From contig DNEP01000013.1 in the NCBI GenBank assembly GCA_003487265.1, positions 24,618 to 88,617 on the forward strand: DNA of 64,000 nt. Direction: 5' to 3'. A program made the position numbers and the translations under genes. The stretch's first letter is position 1; each line of letters opens with the position of its first letter. This document shows, piece after piece, positions 46,761 to 55,859 of this stretch. Origin of the DNA: Minisyncoccota bacterium. GTDB lineage: Bacteria; Patescibacteriota; Microgenomatia; UBA1400; UBA12028. Below the pieces are notes generated by a model that was not told the origin of the DNA, made no database searches, and worked only from the letters and a program-made list of their open reading frames with translations.

Positions 46761-47184
46761 ACACCTCCTCGAATGATTCTGCGGATGATTCAACTGTTTT
46801 TTCGAGCTTTTCAACATATTCCGCATAGGATTTTTCATTCCAGATTTCTACACGCGAGAATGCACCTGCAAACACCACGGATTTTTCAAGCGTTGCCGAA
46901 GCACGGAGGTGGTCGGGGATGAGGACGCGACCCGTTTCGTCAAAGGAAACCACATGTGCCGAGTAGGCAAATGAACGAACCACGTCTCGGTTCGCTTTTT
47001 TCATCACACTCGCGTTTTCAAAAGAAGATGTGAGTTTTTGCCATTCTGCTTGCGAAAAAAGAAATAAACATCCATCAAAACCTTTTGTGATTATAGGATG
47101 TTCACCGAGCAACTCACGAAACTTCACAGGAACCGAGACTCTTCCCGAGGATTCAACGGTGTGATAATAGGTTCCTGTCATCAT
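46753..47184 (-). CDS. mraZ: Transcriptional regulator MraZ
   Basis: MMTGTYYHTVESSGRVSVPVKFRELLG shows the duplicated SpoVT/AbrB-like MraZ domains. It is the first gene of the dcw cluster. Confidence 0.85.
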   Translation of the reverse strand: MMTGTYYHTVESSGRVSVPVKFRELLGEHPIITKGFDGCLFLFSQAEWQKLTSSFENASVMKKANRDVVRSFAYSAHVVSFDETGRVLIPDHLRASATLEKSVVFAGAFSRVEIWNEKSYAEYVEKLEKTVESSAESFEEVYE

Positions 47185-47223
47185 ATTCTAGGACACTTTC
47201 CCATTTTTTTCCGAACTTCATTT

Positions 47224-47252
47224 ATTTCACACCAAATCTTGCCTTGTGTCAA
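47224..47252 (-). promoter_or_regulatory. Candidate sigma70-type promoter of the mraZ/dcw operon
   Basis: On the minus strand, TTGACA (47252-47247), a 17-nt spacer, then TGAAAT (47229-47224), about 40 nt upstream of the mraZ ATG. Confidence 0.3.
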
Positions 47253-47357
47253 GACAAAGAAAAGGCGAAACATTAGTACAGAAAAACAAAATCGGAAAAC
47301 AAACCTTCAATAGAAAAGAACGATTATAGGATCGCGTTAAAAATGAAAAAGCAAAAA

Positions 47358-47963
47358 TTACACACGGGATTGAATTGTTACACTTTGCTCTAAACGATAA
47401 TTTGGATCTGCATAATATGGCACGAGTTCATTAATTCCTCTCCTATCTAAAGTGCCCACTTTTGTATGTACTGGAATTTGCGTATGATCTCGCGCAACTG
47501 CTCCTAATACTGTAATAACAATAAGAGCAAGTTTTGTGGTTATGTTTTGAAGCTTATTCTCAAGATCATGAAACGGGTCAGCAAGTTCTGCATTAATTAC
47601 AGCAAATGCAGTCTCAAAAACATAATCAGGAAGCTCTTCTGATATTCCCACAAATACGACAATCGTAGCGGTTGTCACCATTTCTTGAGCTAACAGTTGT
47701 ACTTCCCAATCTGATGCATCAATCTTTGTACGCAAATGAATAATTTCAATAACCGACTGATGTAAGTCAGTTCGGCCAGAATCTGGTGCTCGAACGCCAG
47801 CACTATCTGCGTTTTCAAATCCCATTTTTTTCGCAAATGCTTTGGCAATATTACATCTTCCCACACCTTGATCATCGACAAATAAAATGTGAAGATCGCT
47901 TTTTTCGACAGGTTTTTTAACGATCGAAGAATCGGGTAATCCTGATGATTGTTCCTTACTCAT
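47358..47963 (-). CDS. LMW-PTP/ArsC-fold-like protein with a degenerate P-loop (possible pseudophosphatase)
   Basis: LFVDDQGVGRCNIAKAF aligns with the LMW-PTP loop (V/I)CxGNxCRSPMAEA. The Arg is kept, but Asp replaces the nucleophilic Cys. The C-terminal AELADPFHD resembles the DPYY general-acid loop. 201 aa. Confidence 0.4.
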   Translation of the reverse strand: MSKEQSSGLPDSSIVKKPVEKSDLHILFVDDQGVGRCNIAKAFAKKMGFENADSAGVRAPDSGRTDLHQSVIEIIHLRTKIDASDWEVQLLAQEMVTTATIVVFVGISEELPDYVFETAFAVINAELADPFHDLENKLQNITTKLALIVITVLGAVARDHTQIPVHTKVGTLDRRGINELVPYYADPNYRLEQSVTIQSRV

Positions 47964-47989
47964 GCGGGCATTTTACCAGATTTTCACCG

Positions 47990-48790
47990 TTACTCTGTTA
48001 CAACAAACAGGAGATTCGCAGTCGCTTTTTCTGTAATGAGTTTATCTTTCACCGTTACTTTTTTAGAACTCCATTCTTTTCCATCCCATGTATGCAAAGT
48101 TGCAGTTGAAACTTCCTTTGAAACACGAACCTCGGCCGACCCCGCTGATGTAAACTCGGAGACGCCTGCTATGGAGTACGGCCCTGCAATAATCTCTCCT
48201 TCGATTGGTGCAGGCAACCCGGGGCTTTGATACACAATCATATATTGCTGAGATTTCTCGGGTTTTGTGAAAGTAAAATGAAACTTTCCATCCTTTGAAC
48301 CCACGGACTCTATCGATTTTTTCATCTCGATATAGTTCCAAGTGTTTTCGAGTTTATAGTTTTCATCATAAAATGACAGCGTCAACATTCCACCAGTCAC
48401 GTTTTCGTGATAGGTGATCTTTCCTCCGCCACTTTTTGAGCCCAACAGAATCGTTTTTGTTACAGGAAAGGTTGTGGACATCGGTAATGATCCAATCGCC
48501 GCTTCTTGCTTATCGCCGGACGCATACTGCAACTCAAAATCAACCGAGTCCGCCTTTTTCTTCAAGTCGTGCATGACCAACACGACTTCTCGACCTCCTG
48601 TTGGTCGAACGGTCACGTACGGACGCTCGGAAACGGGGATCGTATTTGCGGGGATCGTTAATTTTGGCTTGCGAGATGGAACGGGGGAGGCGGTGGGTTC
48701 AGGGTTACCAGAAACAAATGAAATAATGAGTGCGACCAACGCAACAAAAAGCGTTCCCGCGATTCCTCCAATGGCCCACATCTTTTTCAT
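47990..48790 (-). CDS. Hypothetical membrane-anchored extracytoplasmic protein
   Basis: N-terminal anchor MKKMWAIGGIAGTLFVALVALIISFV, followed by a Pro/Thr linker and beta-rich sequence. Confidence 0.35.
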   Translation of the reverse strand: MKKMWAIGGIAGTLFVALVALIISFVSGNPEPTASPVPSRKPKLTIPANTIPVSERPYVTVRPTGGREVVLVMHDLKKKADSVDFELQYASGDKQEAAIGSLPMSTTFPVTKTILLGSKSGGGKITYHENVTGGMLTLSFYDENYKLENTWNYIEMKKSIESVGSKDGKFHFTFTKPEKSQQYMIVYQSPGLPAPIEGEIIAGPYSIAGVSEFTSAGSAEVRVSKEVSTATLHTWDGKEWSSKKVTVKDKLITEKATANLLFVVTE

Positions 48791-50172
48791 ACAGCTCCTT
48801 TTAGTTCATCAATTGATATACGAATTTGCGTTGTCGTGTCGCGATCGCGAACGGTGACCGTGTTATCTTCGAGCGTTTGAAAATCAACTGTCACACATGA
48901 AGGTGTCCCAATCTCATCCTGACTTAAATAGCGCTTTCCAATATTTCCACGATCATCCCATGCAACCATCATGTCCTGCGAAAGTGAATCGTATACTTCT
49001 CGCGCTTTTTTCACGAGTTCTTCTTTGTTTGATAACAGCGGAAACACCGCAACGCGGTACGGCGCGAGTGTCTTTGGAAGCGCAAAAATGACACGACCAT
49101 CATCCATCTTTTTCAACGCATCACAAAGCAAAACCAAAAATAACCGCGTGACTCCGACCGCAGGCTCAATCACATGGGGAACAAATTTTTCATTGGTGTA
49201 CGGATCCATGTATCGCAAATCCGCACCGCTGTGTTTCATCTGTGCGTTCAAATCATAATCCGTACGGTATGCAAGTCCCCATACCTCTTTAAATCCGAAT
49301 GGAAAGTTATATTCGAGATCAACCGTTCGCAAACTGTAGAACGATCGCTCTTCCTCAGAATGCTCGCGCCATCGCACACGATCGGCATTCACACCCAAAT
49401 CATCCACAACAAACGAATTCATGCGCTTCTGCCAGTCCTCAAACAGCGCTTTCCAATCATGTGTCTTTGGATTGAAGAAATATTCGATTTCTGCTTGCTC
49501 AAATTCAAGAGTGCGAAAAATAAAGTTTCCTTTTGTGATCTCATTTCGAAAACTCTTTCCCATTTGAGCAAGACCAAAAGGCAATCGAACGCGCACAGAA
49601 TCCAAAACCGATTTAAACAAATAAAACATTCCCTGTGCGGTTTCACCTCGAAGATACGCAAGCGACTGCTCACCTTCAAGGATTCCCATTTTTACCGGAA
49701 AAAGCAGATTGAATTTGCGAACCTCGGTCCAAGAAAACTTTCCACACTTTGGACAAAGAATATGATGTTCAGCAATCATTGCAGAAAATTCATCAGTCGA
49801 TTTTCCTTCCACCTTCACTTCCGATCCATCAGCGGGAGGATGCGCAACAAAAAAGTCCTCAATCAAGTGATCCGCGCGCATGCGCGTGTGACATTCTTTA
49901 CAATCGATCATCGCGTCAGCAAAAGATGAAACATGTCCCGAAGCTTTCCACACATCAGCATGGGAAATAATACCCGCTTCCAAAGGCAAAACGTCGGTTC
50001 GCGAATAGACCATTTTTTTCCACCACAAAGCGCGAAGACTTTTCAACAACAGCGCACCCATTGGACCAAAATCATATGAGTTGGCAAGTCCACCGTAAAT
50101 TTCAGCAGATGGATACACAAATCCTCTGCGTTTTGCAAATGCAACGACCTCATCCAAGGTAAATTGATCCAT
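48787..50172 (-). CDS. glyQS: Glycyl-tRNA synthetase, alpha2 (eukaryote/archaeal-like) type
   Basis: FAKRRGFVYPSAEIYGGLANSYDFGPMGALLLKS, plus class II motifs. Confidence 0.9.
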   Translation of the reverse strand: MDQFTLDEVVAFAKRRGFVYPSAEIYGGLANSYDFGPMGALLLKSLRALWWKKMVYSRTDVLPLEAGIISHADVWKASGHVSSFADAMIDCKECHTRMRADHLIEDFFVAHPPADGSEVKVEGKSTDEFSAMIAEHHILCPKCGKFSWTEVRKFNLLFPVKMGILEGEQSLAYLRGETAQGMFYLFKSVLDSVRVRLPFGLAQMGKSFRNEITKGNFIFRTLEFEQAEIEYFFNPKTHDWKALFEDWQKRMNSFVVDDLGVNADRVRWREHSEEERSFYSLRTVDLEYNFPFGFKEVWGLAYRTDYDLNAQMKHSGADLRYMDPYTNEKFVPHVIEPAVGVTRLFLVLLCDALKKMDDGRVIFALPKTLAPYRVAVFPLLSNKEELVKKAREVYDSLSQDMMVAWDDRGNIGKRYLSQDEIGTPSCVTVDFQTLEDNTVTVRDRDTTTQIRISIDELKGAV

Positions 50173-50195
50173 AGTTTCCTTGTGGTTATTTAATC

Positions 50196-50747
50196 CTAGA
50201 CACCAGACACAGTCAAGTAATCGAAACTACGAAGTTTTTTTTCAATTGCATGCTCAACATTTTGTGAAATTGGAAGTTGAGGATCAACATAATATCCCTG
50301 CAAACGCAACATTTGTTGAAGACGTTCAACAAGCAACTCTCGTCGATTTCCGGACGTATACGCATCCCATTCAACAAGCACTTGAAGCGAAGAAGCGAGA
50401 AGCGAGTACATCTCAGCATCTGGCTCACCATCGGCCAAAAGTGCATCACAAATTTCAAGAATTTGATGCAACGCTTTTGAAATGTGAAGATCTTTGTACG
50501 CGCCCTGAACGTCCTGAATCAGTACCGCCTGCGTGATGATTGGCATTCCCTTCCCCATCGAAAGTGAGCACGAAATGGTGCATCCAGGTTCCAATGCTGA
50601 CTTTTTTGAGGATGAAACTTTTCGCACACCTTTCGCGATACAACTTACCCGTCCAAATTCTTGTGTAAAAAGGGTAACAACGCGATCCGCTTCCCCCGTC
50701 CTCGCGTGACGAAGCACAATAGCCTCTGTAGTGGAGTAATCGCGCAT
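50196..50747 (-). CDS. recO: DNA repair protein RecO (short form)
   Basis: TEAIVLRHARTGEADRVVTLFTQEFGRVSCIAKGVRK is the RecO N-terminal OB-fold signature. 183 aa. Confidence 0.7.
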   Translation of the reverse strand: MRDYSTTEAIVLRHARTGEADRVVTLFTQEFGRVSCIAKGVRKVSSSKKSALEPGCTISCSLSMGKGMPIITQAVLIQDVQGAYKDLHISKALHQILEICDALLADGEPDAEMYSLLASSLQVLVEWDAYTSGNRRELLVERLQQMLRLQGYYVDPQLPISQNVEHAIEKKLRSFDYLTVSGV

Positions 50748-50749
50748 AA

Positions 50750-53014
50750 TTAAAACGGAATCACAACAGATTTATCCATATCGAGTTTGAGTTCCGTTTC
50801 ACCACCCTCAACATCAAACAAATGCGTCACATCATCTGTTCCACCTTGTTTCTGCATAAACAAACGGTATTCAGTTGCAGTGTACGGTACTTGATAACTC
50901 AAAGTGATTTTGGTTTGCCCCATAGGCACAACGCGAAACACCCCTTCAATTACCATATGATCGCCTTCTTCGTATGTTTTCACCGAATCCGTGTTAAACC
51001 CAAGAGACTCATCGAGTACAGAACCTTTGGGTACGTAGGCGCGGAACCAGTCGGTTAGCTCACCATTCAAACAGAGTTGTCCTGCCTCAAGATTACAGTT
51101 GGAAGCGGGAAACGCGTTTTTATACGTAAGCTCAACGGTTTTCTTCACCATTCCATTCTGTGGAGCGCTCACGGTGTGTTTCACCGATTGCTTCACAAAC
51201 ATATTTGATTTCGCTCCACCTAAGTTCACGTCAACAAGCATCAAATAGTCTTCCCCTGCGACAGGCGCCTTCAAACGTCCCGCGGCGCCAACTGTTTCAG
51301 CCGCTTTCTGTGTTTTTTCATCAAAGAAATAGAACTGCACGTGTTTCCCTTGAACATTCGCCCACGCTGATTGGAACAGTGTCGGCCATTGCGACTTTGG
51401 CGCGTCGTACGCCTTCGAAATGATCGCCTGCATCATCGGACCGATGATTCCTTTTCTATCTTCGCGAATATACGGTGTGGGTCGATCCACGATCTCACTA
51501 AGCGCGTAGATAATCTGCGCACAGTCACATCGTTTATCTTTTTCTGCGGTGAACGTTCCATACCCAGGAACTTGAATCGGGCCCAGCACCTCAACGAGAT
51601 TTTCAAGTACATGCGTATCCATCGCGATGATTCCATCAATTTCATGTGGTTCACCGGGGACATCCTGAAAGTGCTCCCAAAAAGTGTCCATCGATTTCTT
51701 AAAGTCGGGATCAATGTTCATGTCGCGCAGGTTCCATTTTTTCTCTGTGGTCAATCCAACTTTCAGAATTTCTGGGATTGCGGGCTTTTTCGCAAATTTC
51801 TTATCGAGTTCGTAGATATCATCGGATTTTTCTTGTGTCACAACGCCATTTTCAACAAAAATAAACGCATAGGCGGTCATAAATCCACCCGTGGCGCGCA
51901 ACTCCTTGTCGTTTTGAAAAATCACCAGATATCGTTTTCGTTTCCCATCCGCTCCCCCAACACTTGGCAGTACCTCAAGTACAGGGCGACCTTCCTTGAT
52001 CGCAACAGATGCCTGCGCACTCAACTGTTTTGCTTTTGTGATTTTTGATCGGATCGAAATACCGCGAACGGACTCTGGGTATCGATTCTCATCAATCATT
52101 GAAAGTTCCGTATTAATTGTGTCTAATTTTGTGGATATTTGATCCATTACCGGCATAACCTTGTCGAGTGTCGTCAACGCGAGTTGAATACGGTTTTCTA
52201 CCGACCCACCCGTAAACGTCCCCTCGCCAGCAAATCCAAGCACATCTGCATACGGTTCAATCGCTTGTAATGCAAGCTCTCCCACTTCTATTGCAGTCTG
52301 CCCAGCGTTCATCGTGTGTTCACCATCTTGATAATAGGATCCCGCAAATGGAATCTTGCCTGTCCAGGAAAGCGCCGAATACGCACGATGAAGCTCTTTC
52401 ATTTTTTCATCAGCAGAAAGGAGGTGTTTTTTTGCCTCAACTAAGTTTTGCGCCTTAATTTCAGCGTACGACCCACGAGCAGACACTTCGATTTCTCGTA
52501 CAATGGCAATCATTCCTTGAGCATGTTGATAAAAATAAAATCCCAATGCGCCGAACACACCTATTATCACAAAAAGGGAAAGAAAAATCCCAAGCACCCA
52601 TTTTCCCAGTTTTGATTTTTTCTTTGTTTTCGCAATCTCAACGGGTTTTTCCCTAGAGAGAATTTGATCAAGTACAAGTTTTTTCTCTCCAACATCATCA
52701 TCTTCATCCTTATGAAAAATGGAGATCTTTCGAAAGGGAACCGCTTTTCTTTCATCTTCGTCATCATCATCTGTTTGATTTACGGAAGGCATTCCACCGA
52801 GTGGTTGTTCAAGATCAAGTGTTGAGATTTCTTTTTCTAAATCATCGAGCACAGGAGGTGTTTCTTTTTCAACTCGAGCATCTTCGTTTAAACTCGACTC
52901 AGTTGATGTGACTTTTGGAGAACTTGGGTTTGCATCAGATTCATCTAGAATTCGACGAAGAATCTCGAGCGGATCCTCTGTGTTTCTTGATGTGTTTTGT
53001 GACGGGGCAGTCAT
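50750..53014 (-). CDS. Large membrane-anchored extracytoplasmic protein, DUF4012-like (tentative)
   Basis: 754 aa. An acidic low-complexity N-terminus and one TM (WVLGIFLSLFVIIGVFGALGFYFY), then conserved-looking blocks RYLVIFQNDKELRATGGFMTAY and LMLVDVNLGGAKSNMF. Confidence 0.4.
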   Translation of the reverse strand: MTAPSQNTSRNTEDPLEILRRILDESDANPSSPKVTSTESSLNEDARVEKETPPVLDDLEKEISTLDLEQPLGGMPSVNQTDDDDEDERKAVPFRKISIFHKDEDDDVGEKKLVLDQILSREKPVEIAKTKKKSKLGKWVLGIFLSLFVIIGVFGALGFYFYQHAQGMIAIVREIEVSARGSYAEIKAQNLVEAKKHLLSADEKMKELHRAYSALSWTGKIPFAGSYYQDGEHTMNAGQTAIEVGELALQAIEPYADVLGFAGEGTFTGGSVENRIQLALTTLDKVMPVMDQISTKLDTINTELSMIDENRYPESVRGISIRSKITKAKQLSAQASVAIKEGRPVLEVLPSVGGADGKRKRYLVIFQNDKELRATGGFMTAYAFIFVENGVVTQEKSDDIYELDKKFAKKPAIPEILKVGLTTEKKWNLRDMNIDPDFKKSMDTFWEHFQDVPGEPHEIDGIIAMDTHVLENLVEVLGPIQVPGYGTFTAEKDKRCDCAQIIYALSEIVDRPTPYIREDRKGIIGPMMQAIISKAYDAPKSQWPTLFQSAWANVQGKHVQFYFFDEKTQKAAETVGAAGRLKAPVAGEDYLMLVDVNLGGAKSNMFVKQSVKHTVSAPQNGMVKKTVELTYKNAFPASNCNLEAGQLCLNGELTDWFRAYVPKGSVLDESLGFNTDSVKTYEEGDHMVIEGVFRVVPMGQTKITLSYQVPYTATEYRLFMQKQGGTDDVTHLFDVEGGETELKLDMDKSVVIPF

Positions 53015-53027
53015 AGCGGTTCCTCTT

Positions 53028-53648
53028 TCACCATTTTGAAATCATGGCTTTGGGCGTCTTCAATATAATCAGAATATCATTATATATGGATTTTTGTCCA
53101 GCGTACTCGGCATCCATCTTCGCTCGCTGGTTGAATGGAATCTCGTTTCTCCCCGATGTTTGCCATGGACCCGTGATTCCAGGTCGTACAGAAAGAATGG
53201 TGTTAATAAGTGGCTTAGTTTCAGGATATTTCTCCATTTGCTCATCCAGTTCTTTTCGCACATATGCGCGCGGGCCAATCATACTCATATCACCTTTAAA
53301 CACATTAAAGATTTGAGGAAACTCATCAATCGTCAGGGATCTCAGAATCCTTCCAAGTCGCGTGATGCGCGGATCGTGTTCAAGTTTCCAGTCATTGCGC
53401 TTAAACTCAGCGAGAAGTTTTTTGTCTTTTTCATGTAAAATCTCATCCGCATCCTCAACCATCGACCGAAATTTGTACAGATAAATTGTTTTTCCATCTT
53501 TTCCAACTCGTTTATGTGTAAAAATAATCGGCCCCGTTGAGTCCAACATAATTAAGATTGGAACAATAATCCACACAGGGAAGAATAGAATCAATAAAAT
53601 GGATGCAAGAATAAGGTCAAGTATTCTTTTTTGTTGGTTGTAGGACAT
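53028..53648 (-). CDS. Polyprenyl-phosphate sugar-1-phosphate transferase (Bac_transf; initiating enzyme, WbaP/PglC-like small form)
   Basis: ILDLILASILLILFFPVWIIVPILIMLDSTGPIIFTHKRVGKDGKTIYLYKFRSM ... DEFPQIFNVFKGDMSMIGPRA. Confidence 0.8.
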   Translation of the reverse strand: MSYNQQKRILDLILASILLILFFPVWIIVPILIMLDSTGPIIFTHKRVGKDGKTIYLYKFRSMVEDADEILHEKDKKLLAEFKRNDWKLEHDPRITRLGRILRSLTIDEFPQIFNVFKGDMSMIGPRAYVRKELDEQMEKYPETKPLINTILSVRPGITGPWQTSGRNEIPFNQRAKMDAEYAGQKSIYNDILIILKTPKAMISKW

Positions 53649-53656
53649 GACTTCTC

Positions 53657-54754
53657 CTATAAAAGATGCAGTTTTTTTTGTTCTTTTAATTGTGTGACAA
53701 TTTTTTTCACATCTTGTGAACGATGTTTAGGGATGACTAACAATATTTCATCGGTGTCAACAATCACCATATCTTCAACGCCGACGATCGCCACACATTT
53801 TCCATCCGCATAGACCAAATTTCGATGAGCATCCAGCACTTCGATTTCACCAGAATCTTTTTCGCGTAAAATTGCGTTGTCAAAAGCGTCTTTTTTTGAG
53901 AGATCATACACCACAGACCAATCTCCAATATCATTCCATCCAAAATCCCCAGGAACAAGATAGAGATTGTTCGCCTTTTCACTTACCGCGTAATCAATCG
54001 AGATTGACTCAACAGATTCATAGGCCTTTTTCATCGCGTCACCAAAAGAATCCGTTCCAATGGCGGGAAGAACCGCATGAATCGCCTGAAAAATTTGAGG
54101 CGCATATGTTTCAAGCGCCTGAAAAAGAGCTTCACAAGACCAAGTGTAGTTGTTTGCATTCCAAAAGTACTTTCCAGACGCAATAAACGATTGTGCCAAC
54201 TCAAGATTCGGTTTTTCGCGAAAACTCGTAACCGAGTACACGGGAAGGTTGTGTAGCGTTGCGTTTTGCGATCCAATTTGGATGTATCCTAAACCCGTAT
54301 GGGGAAACGTTGGAGAAATACCAACCGCCACCAACTTCGACACATCTGTGGCAACCTCAACCGCCACCTGCATTACGTGTTCAAACTCTTTCTGATCTGT
54401 CACCACATGATCAGAGGCAAAGTTCATCACCACGGCTTTTGGATCACGAGAATAGATCGCCATCGCTCCCAATGCCATCGCCATCGCCGTTTCACGTTTC
54501 ATTGGTTCTTGAATGATCTGCGTATCGGAAAGTTCGGGCACCTCACGACGAACATCAGCGTACTGTGACGCGTTTGTAATGATAAAAATGTGATCCCAAT
54601 CAACAAGCGCTTGTACACGATCCACGGTCATTCGAAGTAATGTTTTTTCGCCTCCAAGCTTGAGTAATTGTTTTGGAGATTTCTCTCGAGATTTCGGCCA
54701 AAGTCGAGTACCTCCGCCCCCTGCTAAAATTAACGCGAATGCGTGGTTATCCAT
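53657..54754 (-). CDS. manC: Mannose-1-phosphate guanylyltransferase-like nucleotidyltransferase
   Basis: ORF track 53657..54781, trimmed to MDNHAFALILAGGGGTRLWP (GGxGxRL motif). Confidence 0.7.
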   Translation of the reverse strand: MDNHAFALILAGGGGTRLWPKSREKSPKQLLKLGGEKTLLRMTVDRVQALVDWDHIFIITNASQYADVRREVPELSDTQIIQEPMKRETAMAMALGAMAIYSRDPKAVVMNFASDHVVTDQKEFEHVMQVAVEVATDVSKLVAVGISPTFPHTGLGYIQIGSQNATLHNLPVYSVTSFREKPNLELAQSFIASGKYFWNANNYTWSCEALFQALETYAPQIFQAIHAVLPAIGTDSFGDAMKKAYESVESISIDYAVSEKANNLYLVPGDFGWNDIGDWSVVYDLSKKDAFDNAILREKDSGEIEVLDAHRNLVYADGKCVAIVGVEDMVIVDTDEILLVIPKHRSQDVKKIVTQLKEQKKLHLL

Positions 54755-55859
54755 AAATGATCCTCCTCCAGTTCGTTTCAAAACTCAATTGATCAAGTTT
54801 TTTTACATCTTCTCGAATAAGACGAGAGTTCCACTGTACCCCATCATACCGTTCGATACCAGCATCAAGTGCTTCGTCCATCTCATTTTGTATCAATATC
54901 CCTGTCACATTATCACGAATGAGTTCTGCGTTTCCGCTTTTTACATGCGTGATCGCAGGTCGGCCAGCACGCATCGCCTCAATCGCACTTAATCCAAAAT
55001 CCTCTTCACCGACCATCAGTAACGCTTCACACACCTGATAGTATCCGAGAACTTCTCCTTCTGTCAAATAGCCAAGAAAATGAATATATGAAGAATGATG
55101 TGCGAGGTGTCGCAGTCTGTTTTCGTCGCTTCCTTTGCCGATAATGATCAAGTGACGTTTTTTCTTCATGCAGACACGAATTGCGACATCAATTCGTTTG
55201 TATGGAACAAGTCGAGATACAATAAGAAAAAACCGATATGTATGCTGGGGAAGTTGTATTAGAGGCATTTTTTCCAAATCGAGTTGGATCGGAGGATAGA
55301 TCACACGATCACACACACGTTCGTAACATGCCTGAACACGGTGCTGAATCACATTTGAAATCGCCACATATTTGTCTGGTCGTTGTGCGAAAGCAAGATC
55401 CGCAATCCGCGCAAATTTTCGATACCAACGAAACAACGGTCGAAGCACTCGAAAGATTCCACGAAAAAAATCATGCTCATATCGCTCCGAGTGCGTCCAC
55501 AAATATCGCGTAGGAGTCAACATATAACAAATGTGTTGTGTATGTGGTTTCGTGAGAACGCACTTTGCATACTCACTCGTCACAGAAATAACGATATCGA
55601 ATTCGGAAAGATCAAACTGTTCAAATGCAAGTGGCATCAGTGTGGATAGTTTTGTATGATCTCGAAGAAATCTTGGAAGATATTGTAAAAAACTCGTTTG
55701 AACTTGAAACACCGATGCCCACGGCGCGAGTTCTTTCTCGTAAACTGAAGTAAATAACGGCGCAGACGGAAAAATATCGTGCAACGCGAGTAAAATCCGC
55801 TCGGCGCCTCCAATCGAGTTTATGCGATCGTATACAAGAGCAACGCGTGGATTAGTCAT
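54747..55859 (-). CDS. Family 4 (GT-B) glycosyltransferase
   Basis: VGEEDFGLSAIEAMRAGRPAI is the GT4 E-x7-E region. Confidence 0.7.
   Translation of the reverse strand: MTNPRVALVYDRINSIGGAERILLALHDIFPSAPLFTSVYEKELAPWASVFQVQTSFLQYLPRFLRDHTKLSTLMPLAFEQFDLSEFDIVISVTSEYAKCVLTKPHTQHICYMLTPTRYLWTHSERYEHDFFRGIFRVLRPLFRWYRKFARIADLAFAQRPDKYVAISNVIQHRVQACYERVCDRVIYPPIQLDLEKMPLIQLPQHTYRFFLIVSRLVPYKRIDVAIRVCMKKKRHLIIIGKGSDENRLRHLAHHSSYIHFLGYLTEGEVLGYYQVCEALLMVGEEDFGLSAIEAMRAGRPAITHVKSGNAELIRDNVTGILIQNEMDEALDAGIERYDGVQWNSRLIREDVKKLDQLSFETNWRRIIYG

Noticed and set aside
47185-47357. MraZ-binding direct repeats (TGGGN) upstream of mraZ
   Set aside because: Only a single TGGGA was found, with no repeated array. 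Only the sigma70-like promoter is reported.
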